The notes beneath the pieces are model-generated. The model ran no database searches. It was not told where the DNA came from and saw nothing but the letters and a program-made list of their open reading frames with translations. Position numbers and translations under genes: made by a program. From NCBI GenBank assembly GCA_016215325.1, contig JACRJV010000003.1:36191-100190 (forward strand): a DNA stretch of 64,000 nt, in the 5' to 3' direction. The DNA comes from Candidatus Uhrbacteria bacterium. GTDB taxonomy: Bacteria; Patescibacteriota; Patescibacteriia; JACRJV01. Shown here one piece after another: positions 28,575 through 38,302 of the stretch (positions within the stretch are counted from its first letter, which is position 1; every line of letters starts with the position of its first letter).

Positions 28575-29498
28575 TCAACGAATGAATACCCTGGCAATAA
28601 TCGGAATATACACCAACGCAAAGAGCGTACTTAAAAACACCGCAATCGCCGTCTTCTCCGGGTGGACTTTGAGCTCTGTGGCAAACGCCACCGCATTGGC
28701 CGCAAGGGGCACCACAGAGAGCAACATCATCACATTGAAGATCTCTTGAGTATAGGCATGAATAACAAGTTTGTCCAGAAGAATGACCAGTGTAATTAAC
28801 AGCGGCCAAGCCACAAATTTTGCCAAAAACGCGAGGGTGATAAACCTCATATCCACCGATGCCCAGCGGACAGTCGCAAGCCCCATCCCGACAATCATCA
28901 TCCCTAACAACGTATAAGCTCCCTTAAAATACCCGATAGCCGCCACAATATCCGGTCCCAACGGAATACGGAAAAAATTGAATAGCGCCCCCAACAAAAA
29001 CGCATACACGGTCGGCAGCCGCACCACGCGCCCGATACTCTGGGCGACCGTATGATGTCCGCGCGCGGTCACATAGAAACCCACTGTGTTTTCATAGAGG
29101 ATAATGCCGGTAATGCACAACACCGCAATGCTCAACGCTCCATTGCCAAACAGCACCAACACCATCGGCAACCCAAAGTAGCCGACATTGGCGGCTCCAG
29201 CAGAAAAGGCGAGAATATTTTTCGTGGGGTCATCCTGATAGAACGTCTTACCCAAAACAAAAAAAATTCCACAGAGTATGGAGGCAATCGCAAAAAAAAT
29301 CAGCGGCAAGCTAAAATAGGCGAGCGTCAAGGGCGCCGTCAGGACCCCGTAGAACACCACAACCGGAGCAATCGTATAAATGAGCAGCGACGCCAGAGTT
29401 TCTTTTTGCGCCCCAAGCTTGCGCGCCGCAACAAACCCCAGCACGATGATGGCATAGAGTGGCAGAATCTTGGAAATCAGCGTAAAAAAAACGATCAT
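28575..29498 (-). CDS. AEC (auxin efflux carrier) family transporter
   Basis: ~10 TM segments, NVGYFGLP, PLAANA; ATG 29498 overlaps the rmlD stop (ATGA). Confidence 0.85.
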   Translation of the reverse strand: MIVFFTLISKILPLYAIIVLGFVAARKLGAQKETLASLLIYTIAPVVVFYGVLTAPLTLAYFSLPLIFFAIASILCGIFFVLGKTFYQDDPTKNILAFSAGAANVGYFGLPMVLVLFGNGALSIAVLCITGIILYENTVGFYVTARGHHTVAQSIGRVVRLPTVYAFLLGALFNFFRIPLGPDIVAAIGYFKGAYTLLGMMIVGMGLATVRWASVDMRFITLAFLAKFVAWPLLITLVILLDKLVIHAYTQEIFNVMMLLSVVPLAANAVAFATELKVHPEKTAIAVFLSTLFALVYIPIIARVFIR

Positions 29499-30358
29499 AC
29501 CGTCTCGAGGTATTCTGAAAGCGCTTCTTGCCAACTGCGCAAGGGGGGCAATTTGGTTGTGCGCAGGATCGAAACCGCCGGGCGGCGGGCTTCGCGCTTG
29601 AGTGAATCAACGAGAGCACGTTCAATCATCGGCACAGCCTTGCCGCGCGCTTTAAGCCCTTCCGCAACCGTACAACCAAACTCATACCAATTGCACGATC
29701 CGTCGTTGGTGCGATGATAGATGCCGCCGGGGTATTTTTTTTCGATCATGTCCAACGATGCGCTCGCAAGGTCATCACTATACGTGGGGGAACTCACCTC
29801 TGCATCAATCAAACGGACTGTCTCGCCCTTCAACAGCCGCTCCACCACGATCTGAGGGAAACTGGGTTTTGAGCCTATCGAACTCCCGCGCGGCCCGAAC
29901 AGCCGGCTGGTGCGGATGCAATAATACCGGAGTCCCGCCTCGCCCATGAGCGCTTGCTCCCCTTCCCGTTTGGATTGACCGTAGGAGCTCAACGGATTGG
30001 GCTCGTCTTCTTCCGAATACCCATTCGGATTGTCACCATCAAAAACGTAGTCTGTGCTGTAGTGGACGAGGAGGATGTCGCGCACCTGGCAGGCGCGGGC
30101 AAGCAACGCCACCGCCCGGGCATTCAATCGCATTGCCGCGTCGCTCTCCTGTTCGGCCCGGTCCACCGCATTGTAGGCAGCGGTGTTGATCAAGACATCG
30201 GGCTTTGCGTGCTCGAGCGCCGACTCGATCGATTCGAGTATGGTAATGTCGCATTCGGCTTTCGAAAAAAACACCGCCGTATGATGCGGTGAGGATGCCA
30301 GTATTCGCTCAAAGGCGTTAGCAAGCGTTCCGCCAGCGCCGGTCAGCAATATCTTCAT
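29495..30358 (-). CDS. rmlD: dTDP-4-dehydrorhamnose reductase
   Basis: LTGAGGTL, AAYNAVDRAE, YSTDYVFDG, YGQSKREGE, SPTY; start moved to ATG 30358. Confidence 0.92.
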   Translation of the reverse strand: MKILLTGAGGTLANAFERILASSPHHTAVFFSKAECDITILESIESALEHAKPDVLINTAAYNAVDRAEQESDAAMRLNARAVALLARACQVRDILLVHYSTDYVFDGDNPNGYSEEDEPNPLSSYGQSKREGEQALMGEAGLRYYCIRTSRLFGPRGSSIGSKPSFPQIVVERLLKGETVRLIDAEVSSPTYSDDLASASLDMIEKKYPGGIYHRTNDGSCNWYEFGCTVAEGLKARGKAVPMIERALVDSLKREARRPAVSILRTTKLPPLRSWQEALSEYLETV

Positions 30359-30364
30359 AGCTCG

Positions 30365-30461
30365 TAAGCAAGATAAGTAGATTAAGCGAGATAAGCTAGA
30401 CAAGCATCAACCCGAACGGGGCTTACTTTACTTAATTTACTTATCTCGCTTATCTTGCTTA
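30365..30461. repeat. 9-nt-unit palindromic intergenic element, copy 2
   Basis: TAAGCAAGATAAG...CTTATCTTGCTTA; 43 bp identical to copy 3. Confidence 0.88.
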
Positions 30462-30914
30462 TCGATTCTGGATACTCCAATCAAACCCGATCTTCGGGTC
30501 GTCCCAGGCGATCCGGCCTTCATCAGGGTCCTTCGTGTTATAGGCCTCGGTGGTGTGGTAGAGCAACAACACCGGCTTGGTGCCGAGTACCTGGTAGCCA
30601 TGTGCAACGCCCTTGGGAATGCGGATCGCCAAGGGGTTTTCTTCGCCCGTCACGACGGTGTCGATTTGGCCGCTGGTGGGTGAATCCGACCGAGTATCGT
30701 ATAAGACAACGCGCGCCATGCCTTGCGCAATGTACCAAATATCGTCTTGCTTTTTGTGGAAATGGAACGCCTTAATCACGCCCGGATTAGTGATCGACGC
30801 CGAAGTCTGCTTAACATCCGCAAACACCGGTTCACCGGCCTTGATAATTTCGCGGAAATATCCGCGATCATCCACGTGGGTTTCGAGTTTTTTGATGACG
30901 ACTCCGTTGAGCAT
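30459..30914 (-). CDS. rmlC: dTDP-4-dehydrorhamnose 3,5-epimerase family (RmlC/SpsL-like cupin)
   Basis: DDRGYFRE, KAFHFH, YDTRSDSPT, IPKGVAHGY. Confidence 0.85.
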   Translation of the reverse strand: MLNGVVIKKLETHVDDRGYFREIIKAGEPVFADVKQTSASITNPGVIKAFHFHKKQDDIWYIAQGMARVVLYDTRSDSPTSGQIDTVVTGEENPLAIRIPKGVAHGYQVLGTKPVLLLYHTTEAYNTKDPDEGRIAWDDPKIGFDWSIQNR

Positions 30915-30920
30915 AACGTG

Positions 30921-31019
30921 GTAAGATGAGTAAAATAAGCGAGATAAGCAAGATAAGCTACAAGCATCGACGGAATGGGGCTTACTTTACTTAATTTACT
31001 TATCTCGCTTATCTTGCTT
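30921..31019. repeat. 9-nt-unit palindromic intergenic element, copy 3
   Basis: Units such as AGATAAGCA/AAATAAGCG; same central CAAGCATC..GGGGCTTA core; contains the upstream gene's stop codon. Confidence 0.88.
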
Positions 31020-31935
31020 TTCGTTGTCGAAACCAAGCTACAGTTTTTTCGATCCCCTCTTCCAGGGCGACCTCTGGATTCCACCGCAATTGCTCCTTGG
31101 CTTTATGGGAATCAATCGCGCTCTTGCGCTGTTCGCCCTCTTTGGCCGGACCATGAGCAATGGAGGGTTTATACCCTGCCGCGCGAGCGACGAGTCGAGC
31201 AACAGTGTTGATAGAGCACTGTCGTCCGGTCCCAATGTTATAGATTCCATTTTTTTTACTCTTTACTGCTGCAATGTTTGCTCGCACGATATCATCCACA
31301 AACACAAAGTCGCGTGTTTGCCGCCCATCACCGTTAATAACGGGCCCACTACCCGTCAGCATCTTCTGCGCAAAGATAGCGATAACGCCTGCTTCACCGC
31401 TGCTATTCTGCCGCGGGCCATACACATTGGCATACCGCAAGGCAACCCATCGGCACCTGCTGCGAGCCCCAGTATAACGGAGATAATGCTCTCCGGCAAG
31501 CTTGCCGATCCCATAGGGTGATGCGGGGGATGGGGCAGCAGATTCTAATGTCGGAAGAGGAGTTCCGTCTCCATACACTGCGCCACCGCTGGACGCAAAC
31601 ACAATGTTCGTTACCCCGGCATGCTCACACGCTGCCAACAGCCGGATGGTCCCCAAAATATTCGTTTGCGCATCAAATACGGGATCCTGGACCGAACGCC
31701 GCACATCCATTTGTGCAGCATGATGGAATACTGCTTGGGGTTTAACGTCACGGACAATTTTTTCCAGTCGAGACGAACGGATGTCGAGCTTGTAGAACAT
31801 TGCCTGTGCATTAATGTTCCGCCGGGATCCCGTTGATAAATCGTCAACGATAACCACGCGATGCTCCTGTGCGATCAGCGCATCAACAATATGGGATCCG
31901 ATAAACCCGGCGCCGCCGGTGACTAATATATTCAT
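31009..31935 (-). CDS. NAD-dependent epimerase, UDP-glucose 4-epimerase-like
   Basis: TGGAGFIG, SSGGAVYG, YGIGK, RYANVYGPRQ, GEAGV; start moved to ATG 31935. Confidence 0.88.
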   Translation of the reverse strand: MNILVTGGAGFIGSHIVDALIAQEHRVVIVDDLSTGSRRNINAQAMFYKLDIRSSRLEKIVRDVKPQAVFHHAAQMDVRRSVQDPVFDAQTNILGTIRLLAACEHAGVTNIVFASSGGAVYGDGTPLPTLESAAPSPASPYGIGKLAGEHYLRYTGARSRCRWVALRYANVYGPRQNSSGEAGVIAIFAQKMLTGSGPVINGDGRQTRDFVFVDDIVRANIAAVKSKKNGIYNIGTGRQCSINTVARLVARAAGYKPSIAHGPAKEGEQRKSAIDSHKAKEQLRWNPEVALEEGIEKTVAWFRQRKAR

Positions 31936-31940
31936 AATAT

Positions 31941-33045
31941 TTACAATTTTTCCGACTTCCGCCATCTCAGATACGCCTCCTCAAACGCCATCAAATCTCC
32001 GTCCAACACTTCATCTGGTTGCCGGCTTTCATATTCTGTCCGATGGTCCTTCACCAGTTTATACGGCTGCAGAACATACGACCGAATTTGGTTGCCCCAC
32101 TCCGCACTCACCAACTCACCGCGAATGGCATTGCGCTGCTTCAATTCTTCCTGCCGCTTTCGCTGAAGCAGCCGAGCCTTTAAAATACTCATGGCCGTTT
32201 CTTTATTTTGCAGCTGGCTGCGTTCATTCTGGCAGCTCACAGTGATCCCGGTGGGAAGATGCACAACGCGAACGGCGGAATATGTTGTTTGCACCGATTG
32301 CCCTCCATGACCGCCGGACAAAAACGTATCAATGCGCAAATCCTTGGGATCAATCTCAATGTTATCGACAGCTTCCAGTTCGGGCATTACTTCGACCATG
32401 GCAAATGAGGTATGCCGCATTTGTTCTGCGTCGAACGGGGAAATTCGGACCAAGCGATGAACGCCATGCTCGCCTTTGAGCCACCCGTACGCCGTCTGAC
32501 CGGTCACCGCAATCGTCACATTTTTAATCCCAGCAATGTCGCCGGGCGTTCGGTCGATTGTCCGCGCCGAATACTCTAACCTCCCGATAAATTTGGTCAT
32601 CATGCGCTCAAGCATTTGCGCCCAGTCCATGGCTTCGGTCCCCCCCGAGCCGGCATAAATCGTGACAATGGCGTTGCGATGATCATATTGCTCATCAAAG
32701 AAGAGGGCAAATTCCATGGTACCCAAATCTCCTTCTAGGCGGGCCGCATCGCTTTTGAGCTCGTCCAAGAGCGTGACATCGCGCTCTTTAGCATCCTCTT
32801 GGGCGATTTCCAGCGCGCCCAGAATGTCCCCATGGAGTCGTTCCCATCGCTCAATTTCTTTTGCAATTGCACTCGCGGTCTTTGAGATATTGCCAGCACG
32901 GGATGAATTAGCCCAAAAATCGGGTTCATTCATTTGCGTTTGCAGTCCGATTAATTGTTCCTTTTTCCCAGCAATGTCAAAGAAACCCCCCCAGGTCTTC
33001 TGCCCTGTGGAGGAGGAGAGTTAATTGTTTGATGATTTCATCCAT
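31941..33045 (-). CDS. prfB: Peptide chain release factor 2 with programmed +1 frameshift
   Basis: SPF and GGQ motifs; 22-codon first ORF from ATG 33045 ending GGGGGG TTT CTT TGA C; the +1 frame continues DIAGKKEQL...MNEPDFW. Confidence 0.96.
32976..32991 (-). other. RF2 +1 frameshift site
   Basis: Internal SD-like GGGGGG, 3 nt, then CTT TGA C. Confidence 0.93.
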
Positions 33046-33059
33046 ACCACGTGTTCGTG

Positions 33060-34391
33060 CTACTGCTTAAACTCACCGAGTTCCACCTTCACTTCCATTA
33101 TGTTGTCACCCCGCATCACCTTGAAGGTTACACGATCGCCCGGCTGGAATTGGGCAATCATAGATCCCAACGGCGATTGCGTCGTGACATCCTTGCCGTT
33201 GACGGAGACGATGACATCCCCTTCTTTGAGTCCTGCTTTATCTGCCGGAGAACCCGGAACCACCGCCAGATCTTGACCCTCCGCACCGCGGCTAATGTAC
33301 GCGCCATGATCCACCGCTAAACGCTTTACCGCTGCAAAATCTTTATCAATCAGGAGATATCGCACGCCAACCCACGGTCGGACGATGCGGCCATACTTTT
33401 GGACGCTCTCCAACACCTGCTTGGCCAGATTGCTGGGGATGGCGAACCCAATAGACTGTCCGCCTTGATTGATCGCCGTGTTGATGCCGATCACTGCCCC
33501 GTCGAGCGTTAAGAGCGGCCCCCCGGAGTTCCCGGGGTTAATCGCGGCATCGGTCTGGAGCGCTTGCTCGATCACTTCACTGCCTCCGCCCAACTGCGAA
33601 CCGGCCACGATCCGCCGACCAAGTCCCGAGATCACCCCTTTCGTGACAGTGTTTTGGTATTGTGAAAGCGTATTGCCAATGGCAATCACGGTTTGACCAA
33701 TGCGGATAACGCCAGAATCCCCTAATGGCAGTGCCGGATACTTCCCCTCTGGCAAACGGGCAACGGCCAAATCGTTGATCGGATCGACCGCGACCACGGT
33801 AAGGTCTTTCGATTCCCCGGAAGAAAGAACCGCAATATATCGAGCGCTCTGGTCACCGATAACGTGTTTATTGGTCAATACCAGCCCATCCTCGGACACA
33901 ATAAACCCGGTGCCTCCGCCGACAATCCGCTCTTGATTAGGTGCATCATTTTCCGAACCAGGCTGTGGTTCTACTTCCTGGAAAAAGAATGGGCTGCCAA
34001 AGGGGCTAGTGAAGAAATCATTAAAGGGGGTAACCACAGTACGTCGTTCTGATCCCTTCTTCCGGATTTGTATGCTAATGACCGATGGACTCGCGCGGCT
34101 CACCACATCCTCTACCACCCGATCCGTGTCGCTGCTGACAATTGCCGGGGGTTTTTCTATTGTCGGGGTGGGAGCCGGAGCGGCACCCGGCGCCGGGGCC
34201 AACAAGGCTGAACCGGCCACCAAGCCACCAAAGACGCCACCGATAAAGCCAATCATGAGCGTGGAAAGTTGTTTTTTTGATTCGAACATACGTTCGAGTA
34301 AATCCAGTAAATCCGGTGAAGTCCGCTGGCCAATCAGCACCCTCCGCAAGACCCGGCCTATGGGCTGATCGGGTTCGCTGAATTTACTCAT
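33060..34391 (-). CDS. htrA: HtrA/DegP-family membrane-anchored serine protease with one PDZ domain
   Basis: TNKHV, DLAV, QTDAAINPGNSGGPL, PGSPADKAGL. Confidence 0.92.
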   Translation of the reverse strand: MSKFSEPDQPIGRVLRRVLIGQRTSPDLLDLLERMFESKKQLSTLMIGFIGGVFGGLVAGSALLAPAPGAAPAPTPTIEKPPAIVSSDTDRVVEDVVSRASPSVISIQIRKKGSERRTVVTPFNDFFTSPFGSPFFFQEVEPQPGSENDAPNQERIVGGGTGFIVSEDGLVLTNKHVIGDQSARYIAVLSSGESKDLTVVAVDPINDLAVARLPEGKYPALPLGDSGVIRIGQTVIAIGNTLSQYQNTVTKGVISGLGRRIVAGSQLGGGSEVIEQALQTDAAINPGNSGGPLLTLDGAVIGINTAINQGGQSIGFAIPSNLAKQVLESVQKYGRIVRPWVGVRYLLIDKDFAAVKRLAVDHGAYISRGAEGQDLAVVPGSPADKAGLKEGDVIVSVNGKDVTTQSPLGSMIAQFQPGDRVTFKVMRGDNIMEVKVELGEFKQ

Positions 34392-34676
34392 CTACGGTAT
34401 TAATCGATCGCACAGCAATCGGCATTCTTTTGCGCTGAATGAAGAAGATGCCGTTGACGAACCCGCGCTCGGCATCAATGATCGAATCGACTCCACAGCA
34501 GGCTTTAATGCCTGTACAATCGGAATGCTGAATACCACCACCAAAGCAATGGGTAATATGTTAAACACGATCACCCGAAACATCGTCCATTGCCGAGACC
34601 GGCGGAGGTCTTTCTGAATTTTGGAGAGCGACCCTTCTATTGCTTGGAGGCGTTGTTCGAGAACGTTGGATTCCAT
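34392..34676 (-). CDS. Small single-TM hypothetical protein
   Basis: MESNVLEQRL coiled coil then a hydrophobic segment; abuts the htrA start; start moved to ATG 34676. Confidence 0.6.
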   Translation of the reverse strand: MESNVLEQRLQAIEGSLSKIQKDLRRSRQWTMFRVIVFNILPIALVVVFSIPIVQALKPAVESIRSLMPSAGSSTASSSFSAKECRLLCDRLIP

Positions 34677-34684
34677 AACCTGCA

Positions 34685-34783
34685 AATAACACGAACACAA
34701 CGAATGGTTGATGCGAATACCGCAAATACGTGATATCGCATTCATGGTATTCGTATGGCAAATCGTGGTGTTCGTGTTTTATT
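34685..34783. repeat. Imperfect palindrome with CGAA(T/C)AC-type units downstream of ftsZ
   Basis: Outer arms AACACGAACAC/GTGTTCGTGTT; inner arms ATGCGAATACC/GGTATTCGTAT. Confidence 0.75.
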
Positions 34784-35991
34784 CATCGCCCGATTTTTTT
34801 CCGCAAAAAGGCAGGAATATCGAGTTCATCATCCGACGGGTCGATAGAGGGCACTGGGGAGGAAACAGAGGACGTTGGTCGAGAAGACGCGCTTTTCTGG
34901 CTCATCGAGACAGCGCTACTGCCCGCATTATTCGGTTGATGTTGCGACCGCGGGGGAACCGTTTCGGTGCGCAGCAACGAAGAGAAAATCGTTCGTTCCG
35001 CTTTTGGGCTTTCGGCTTTGCTGGCGGTGCTCAATGGCCCAAATCCGGTGGCTACGACGGTAATGCGAATGCGATCCTTATATTCGTCATCAATCACCGT
35101 GCCCCATATAATCTTCGCGTTTTTATCCGCTGCTTCGGTGATGAGTGTGGAGGCCTCATGCACTTCTTGCATGGTGAGATCTTTCCCGCCGGTAATGGTG
35201 AACAATAATCCCTTCGCCCCCTGGATCGAAACATCGAGCAGTGGGCTGGCAATGGCCGCCTGCGCCGCTTTGACGGCCCGCTTCTCCCCGGTACCCTCGC
35301 CAATCCCCATGAGTGCTGATCCCGCCTCCTTCATGATGGTTTTGACATCAGCAAAATCAACATTAATATTGCCTGAAATCGTGATCACTTCGGCAATGCC
35401 CTGAACCCCTTGCCGTAGCACCTCGTTGACGATCCCAAATGCTTCGAGCAAGGTGGTCTTTGCATCCGCCACCTGCAGCACCCGATCGTTGGGGATGGTG
35501 ATAACGGTGTCAACCTTACCAATGAGGTCCTGATGCCCGCGATCCGCGATGTTCGCGCGTTGCGCTCCTTCGAACGAAAATGGTTTGGTGACCACGCCCA
35601 CAGTGAGCGCTCCCAGATCGCGCGCAATATCAGCAACAATGGGTGCTGCCCCGGTACCCGTACCGCCGCCCAAGCCGCACGTCACAAATACCATGTCTGC
35701 GCCTTTCAGCGCATCGCGAATTTCATTTTGGTTTTCTTCGGCCGCCCGTCGGCCCACTTCGGGGTCCATTCCGGCTCCCAATCCCCTTGTCACTGTCTTG
35801 CCAATATGGATCTTACTTCCGGCGTTGGAACTTAACAACGCCTGGGCGTCGGTGTTGATTGCCACGAACTCCACGCCTTTTACCTTCGACTGGATCATCC
35901 AATTGATGGTGGAACCGCCACTTCCCCCGACACCAACAACTTTAATTCGCGCAAATTGTACGCCTTGTGTTTTAGAATCCATAGCAATCAT
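34783..35991 (-). CDS. ftsZ: Cell division protein FtsZ
   Basis: GLGGGTGTG, NVDFADV, C-terminal LDIPAFLRK. Confidence 0.98.
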   Translation of the reverse strand: MIAMDSKTQGVQFARIKVVGVGGSGGSTINWMIQSKVKGVEFVAINTDAQALLSSNAGSKIHIGKTVTRGLGAGMDPEVGRRAAEENQNEIRDALKGADMVFVTCGLGGGTGTGAAPIVADIARDLGALTVGVVTKPFSFEGAQRANIADRGHQDLIGKVDTVITIPNDRVLQVADAKTTLLEAFGIVNEVLRQGVQGIAEVITISGNINVDFADVKTIMKEAGSALMGIGEGTGEKRAVKAAQAAIASPLLDVSIQGAKGLLFTITGGKDLTMQEVHEASTLITEAADKNAKIIWGTVIDDEYKDRIRITVVATGFGPLSTASKAESPKAERTIFSSLLRTETVPPRSQHQPNNAGSSAVSMSQKSASSRPTSSVSSPVPSIDPSDDELDIPAFLRKKIGR

Positions 35992-35995
35992 GTAT

Positions 35996-36069
35996 TGACT
36001 TATTAGTTTACTCGTTTATTCGAGTTCGCTAAACGAGTAAATCAATACACCAATAATCAGTAAATCAAT
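35996..36069. repeat. 8-nt-unit palindromic element upstream of ftsZ
   Basis: TTATTAGT TTACTCGT TTATT ... TAAACGAG TAAATCAA TACACCAA. Confidence 0.7.
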
Positions 36070-36190
36070 GGATGCGTTGTCACTGTAACATAATTCACCA
36101 TTACAGGGCAACTCCTGAAAATTGCTTACATCAGAGCCGATTTCACGTTTTTACAGCGTCCGCCGAAACAACGATGTGCGCCCTCTCTCC

Positions 36191-37462
36191 CTACCACGGC
36201 AGCATGTCCCGTAACTTACCAATGAGCTCCATGGGTTTTTTTTGGAATGACCCGACCATCGTTGCAAGCCCCTTCCCCCACCCACCCGTGCTGCCCCCTT
36301 GTGCACGGCTGGACCATAACAACAACCCAAGCACTTGCGCCATTTCCAGTCCGCGCACATCTTCCGCCCCCTCGATCCCCGACGGCGGCATCATCGCGAG
36401 AGCAGCGGGGAGTTTGAGCACTCGTTTTGCAACATCCGCAATCCCATCCAAGAACGCCCCGCCGCCGCAGAGGATGGCGCCCCCTGGCAACATCCCGCTC
36501 CTGTCCATCTTCTTTAATTCCTTGTCGACCATTTCAAAAAGCTCCTCAACGCGGGCTTCAATAATTTCTGCGACAGACCGTTTAGAAAATGTCCCCGTGT
36601 TCTGCATGTCCCCAACGTCTTCCCAACTGACCTCGTCGCGTTTGGATGTCCGATCCACCAGTGCCGTCCCATGTTCTCGCTTAATCCGCTCTGCCACGTC
36701 CAACGATGTCCGCAAGCCAATCGCAATATCGCCGGTCACGTGGTTACTGCCCACCGGCAACACGGCGGCATGGAGGACGTTGCCATCTTCAAAAACGATC
36801 AATGAGGTGGTAGAAAATCCAATGTTGATCAGCACCGAACCCACATCCCGCGCTCGTTTGTCCAGCATTGCTTCTGCGCCAGCAAGCGCGCTAAATACCA
36901 CATCATCAATCTCGCACCCTGTCCGATACAGCGCCTTCGTCAAATTGCGCATATGGCTCGTGGGCGCATAAATGATTTCCGCATCCACCTCAAGACGGGT
37001 GCCCACCATCCCCACAGGGTCGATGACGCCCGCTTGCCCATCGACCGCAAACGTGCGTGGCAACACATGCAACATTTCATAATTCGGCGGAGTCGTAATT
37101 GTTTGTGCCGCCTCTACCACTCGGTCGACATCTTCTGATTTTATCTCTCCGTTGACTTTGGATACAGCAACAAGACCCCGCGAGCTTTGCATGAATAATT
37201 GTGGGAATCCAATGGTGATGTTCGCCCGAGTGAGGGGGACGCCAATTAATCGCTCCGCTTTCTCCAGAGCGCTGGATAATGTCGCAACCACATCATCGAC
37301 ATTCGAAACAACCCCTTTTTGCATCCCCTCGGTCGGATGCACAAGGCTGCCCAGAAGATGCAATCCTGCACTCTTCTGGTCGGATCCTTCAATCAGTTCG
37401 GCGATTGCAATTTTGATGGTAGAGGACCCGATATCGATCCCCGCGATGGTAAGCTGTGCCAT
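36191..37462 (-). CDS. ftsA: Cell division protein FtsA
   Basis: GIDIGSS, DPVGMVGTRLEV, VGSNHVTGDIA, IIEARVEE, LCGGGA. Confidence 0.96.
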   Translation of the reverse strand: MAQLTIAGIDIGSSTIKIAIAELIEGSDQKSAGLHLLGSLVHPTEGMQKGVVSNVDDVVATLSSALEKAERLIGVPLTRANITIGFPQLFMQSSRGLVAVSKVNGEIKSEDVDRVVEAAQTITTPPNYEMLHVLPRTFAVDGQAGVIDPVGMVGTRLEVDAEIIYAPTSHMRNLTKALYRTGCEIDDVVFSALAGAEAMLDKRARDVGSVLINIGFSTTSLIVFEDGNVLHAAVLPVGSNHVTGDIAIGLRTSLDVAERIKREHGTALVDRTSKRDEVSWEDVGDMQNTGTFSKRSVAEIIEARVEELFEMVDKELKKMDRSGMLPGGAILCGGGAFLDGIADVAKRVLKLPAALAMMPPSGIEGAEDVRGLEMAQVLGLLLWSSRAQGGSTGGWGKGLATMVGSFQKKPMELIGKLRDMLPW

Positions 37463-37470
37463 AGATTTCC

Positions 37471-37827
37471 TCAATTATACCCTAGCACGGGATAAAACAA
37501 CAACATGCCAATGATCACAGCGGCAATGCTGCAAACCAGCACAGCAGCAGCGCTCACGTCTTTCAAAATCTGGACGGATTTTGAAAGACGCGGGTGCATG
37601 ACATCCGCCAACATCTCAATAGCTGTATTAATGAGCTCCGCAACAATCACCATTGCGATCGTGACGACTAAAAGCCCAATTTCCAACGCGCTCTTGCCTG
37701 CCAACAGAGCAACGATAAGGATGAGCCCAGCGACAATCGTGTGGATGCGAACGTTTGGCTGATTATGATACGCGGCAACTAAACCAGCAAGAGCATGCTT
37801 CAAGCTGTCACGAAAGGGACGAGGCAT
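37471..37827 (-). CDS. dgkA: Diacylglycerol/undecaprenol kinase
   Basis: AELINTAIE, KDVSAAAVL; ybeY neighbour. Confidence 0.9.
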   Translation of the reverse strand: MPRPFRDSLKHALAGLVAAYHNQPNVRIHTIVAGLILIVALLAGKSALEIGLLVVTIAMVIVAELINTAIEMLADVMHPRLSKSVQILKDVSAAAVLVCSIAAVIIGMLLFYPVLGYN

Positions 37828-37831
37828 AATC

Positions 37832-37906
37832 AATTTCAAATTTTAGATTTGAGATTTTAGATTGTCTGTTGCAGTAATCCGCAATCGTCAACCTAAAATC
37901 TGCAAT
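37832..37906. repeat. 7-nt-unit palindromic element, copy A
   Basis: CAAATTTTAGATTTGAGATTTTAGATT-12 nt-AATCCGCAATCGTCAACCTAAAATCTGCAAT. Confidence 0.82.
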
Positions 37907-38301
37907 TACTGGTACGGATTCCATCCCAATACCTTCTGCTCAAGCCTCTCCATCGTTCTCGCCTGCTGGCCACCGTGTTCATGATCATATCCAAGGATAT
38001 GCAGTGCGGCATGGACAATAAGGTGTTGCGTGCGCTGGATCATCTTCGGTCGAGGCACTTCTTGGGCGATCACCGCCGGACATACGATAATGTCGCCCAT
38101 CACTGTACGCTTATTCCCCCACCCGATGGACAGAACATTGGTCGGGCGATCAACCCCCCGATATGCGCGATTCAGTGCCCGCATCCGCTGCCGCCCGACT
38201 GCCGTAATGCTCAACCGAGCCGATCGCTTAAGCACGCGGTTTAAACCCGCCATAAGCTCCGCGACATCGAGCCCAGGACGTATACTCGTTAAAACGATCA
38301 C
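37906..38301 (-). CDS. ybeY: rRNA maturation endoribonuclease YbeY
   Basis: LNRAYRGVDRPTNVLS, HAALHILGYDH. Confidence 0.92.
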   Translation of the reverse strand: MIVLTSIRPGLDVAELMAGLNRVLKRSARLSITAVGRQRMRALNRAYRGVDRPTNVLSIGWGNKRTVMGDIIVCPAVIAQEVPRPKMIQRTQHLIVHAALHILGYDHEHGGQQARTMERLEQKVLGWNPYQ

Positions 38302-38302
38302 A

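Noticed and set aside
28487-31019. 9-mer elements as a CRISPR array
   Set aside because: No regular repeat-spacer spacing, whole genes lie between copies, and no cas genes
31941-33045. prfB as a truncated pseudogene
   Set aside because: The in-frame stop is the canonical programmed frameshift
37832-37906. Junction palindromes as integron attC sites
   Set aside because: No RYYYAAC/GTTRRRY ends, no integrase, and flanking genes are core housekeeping genes
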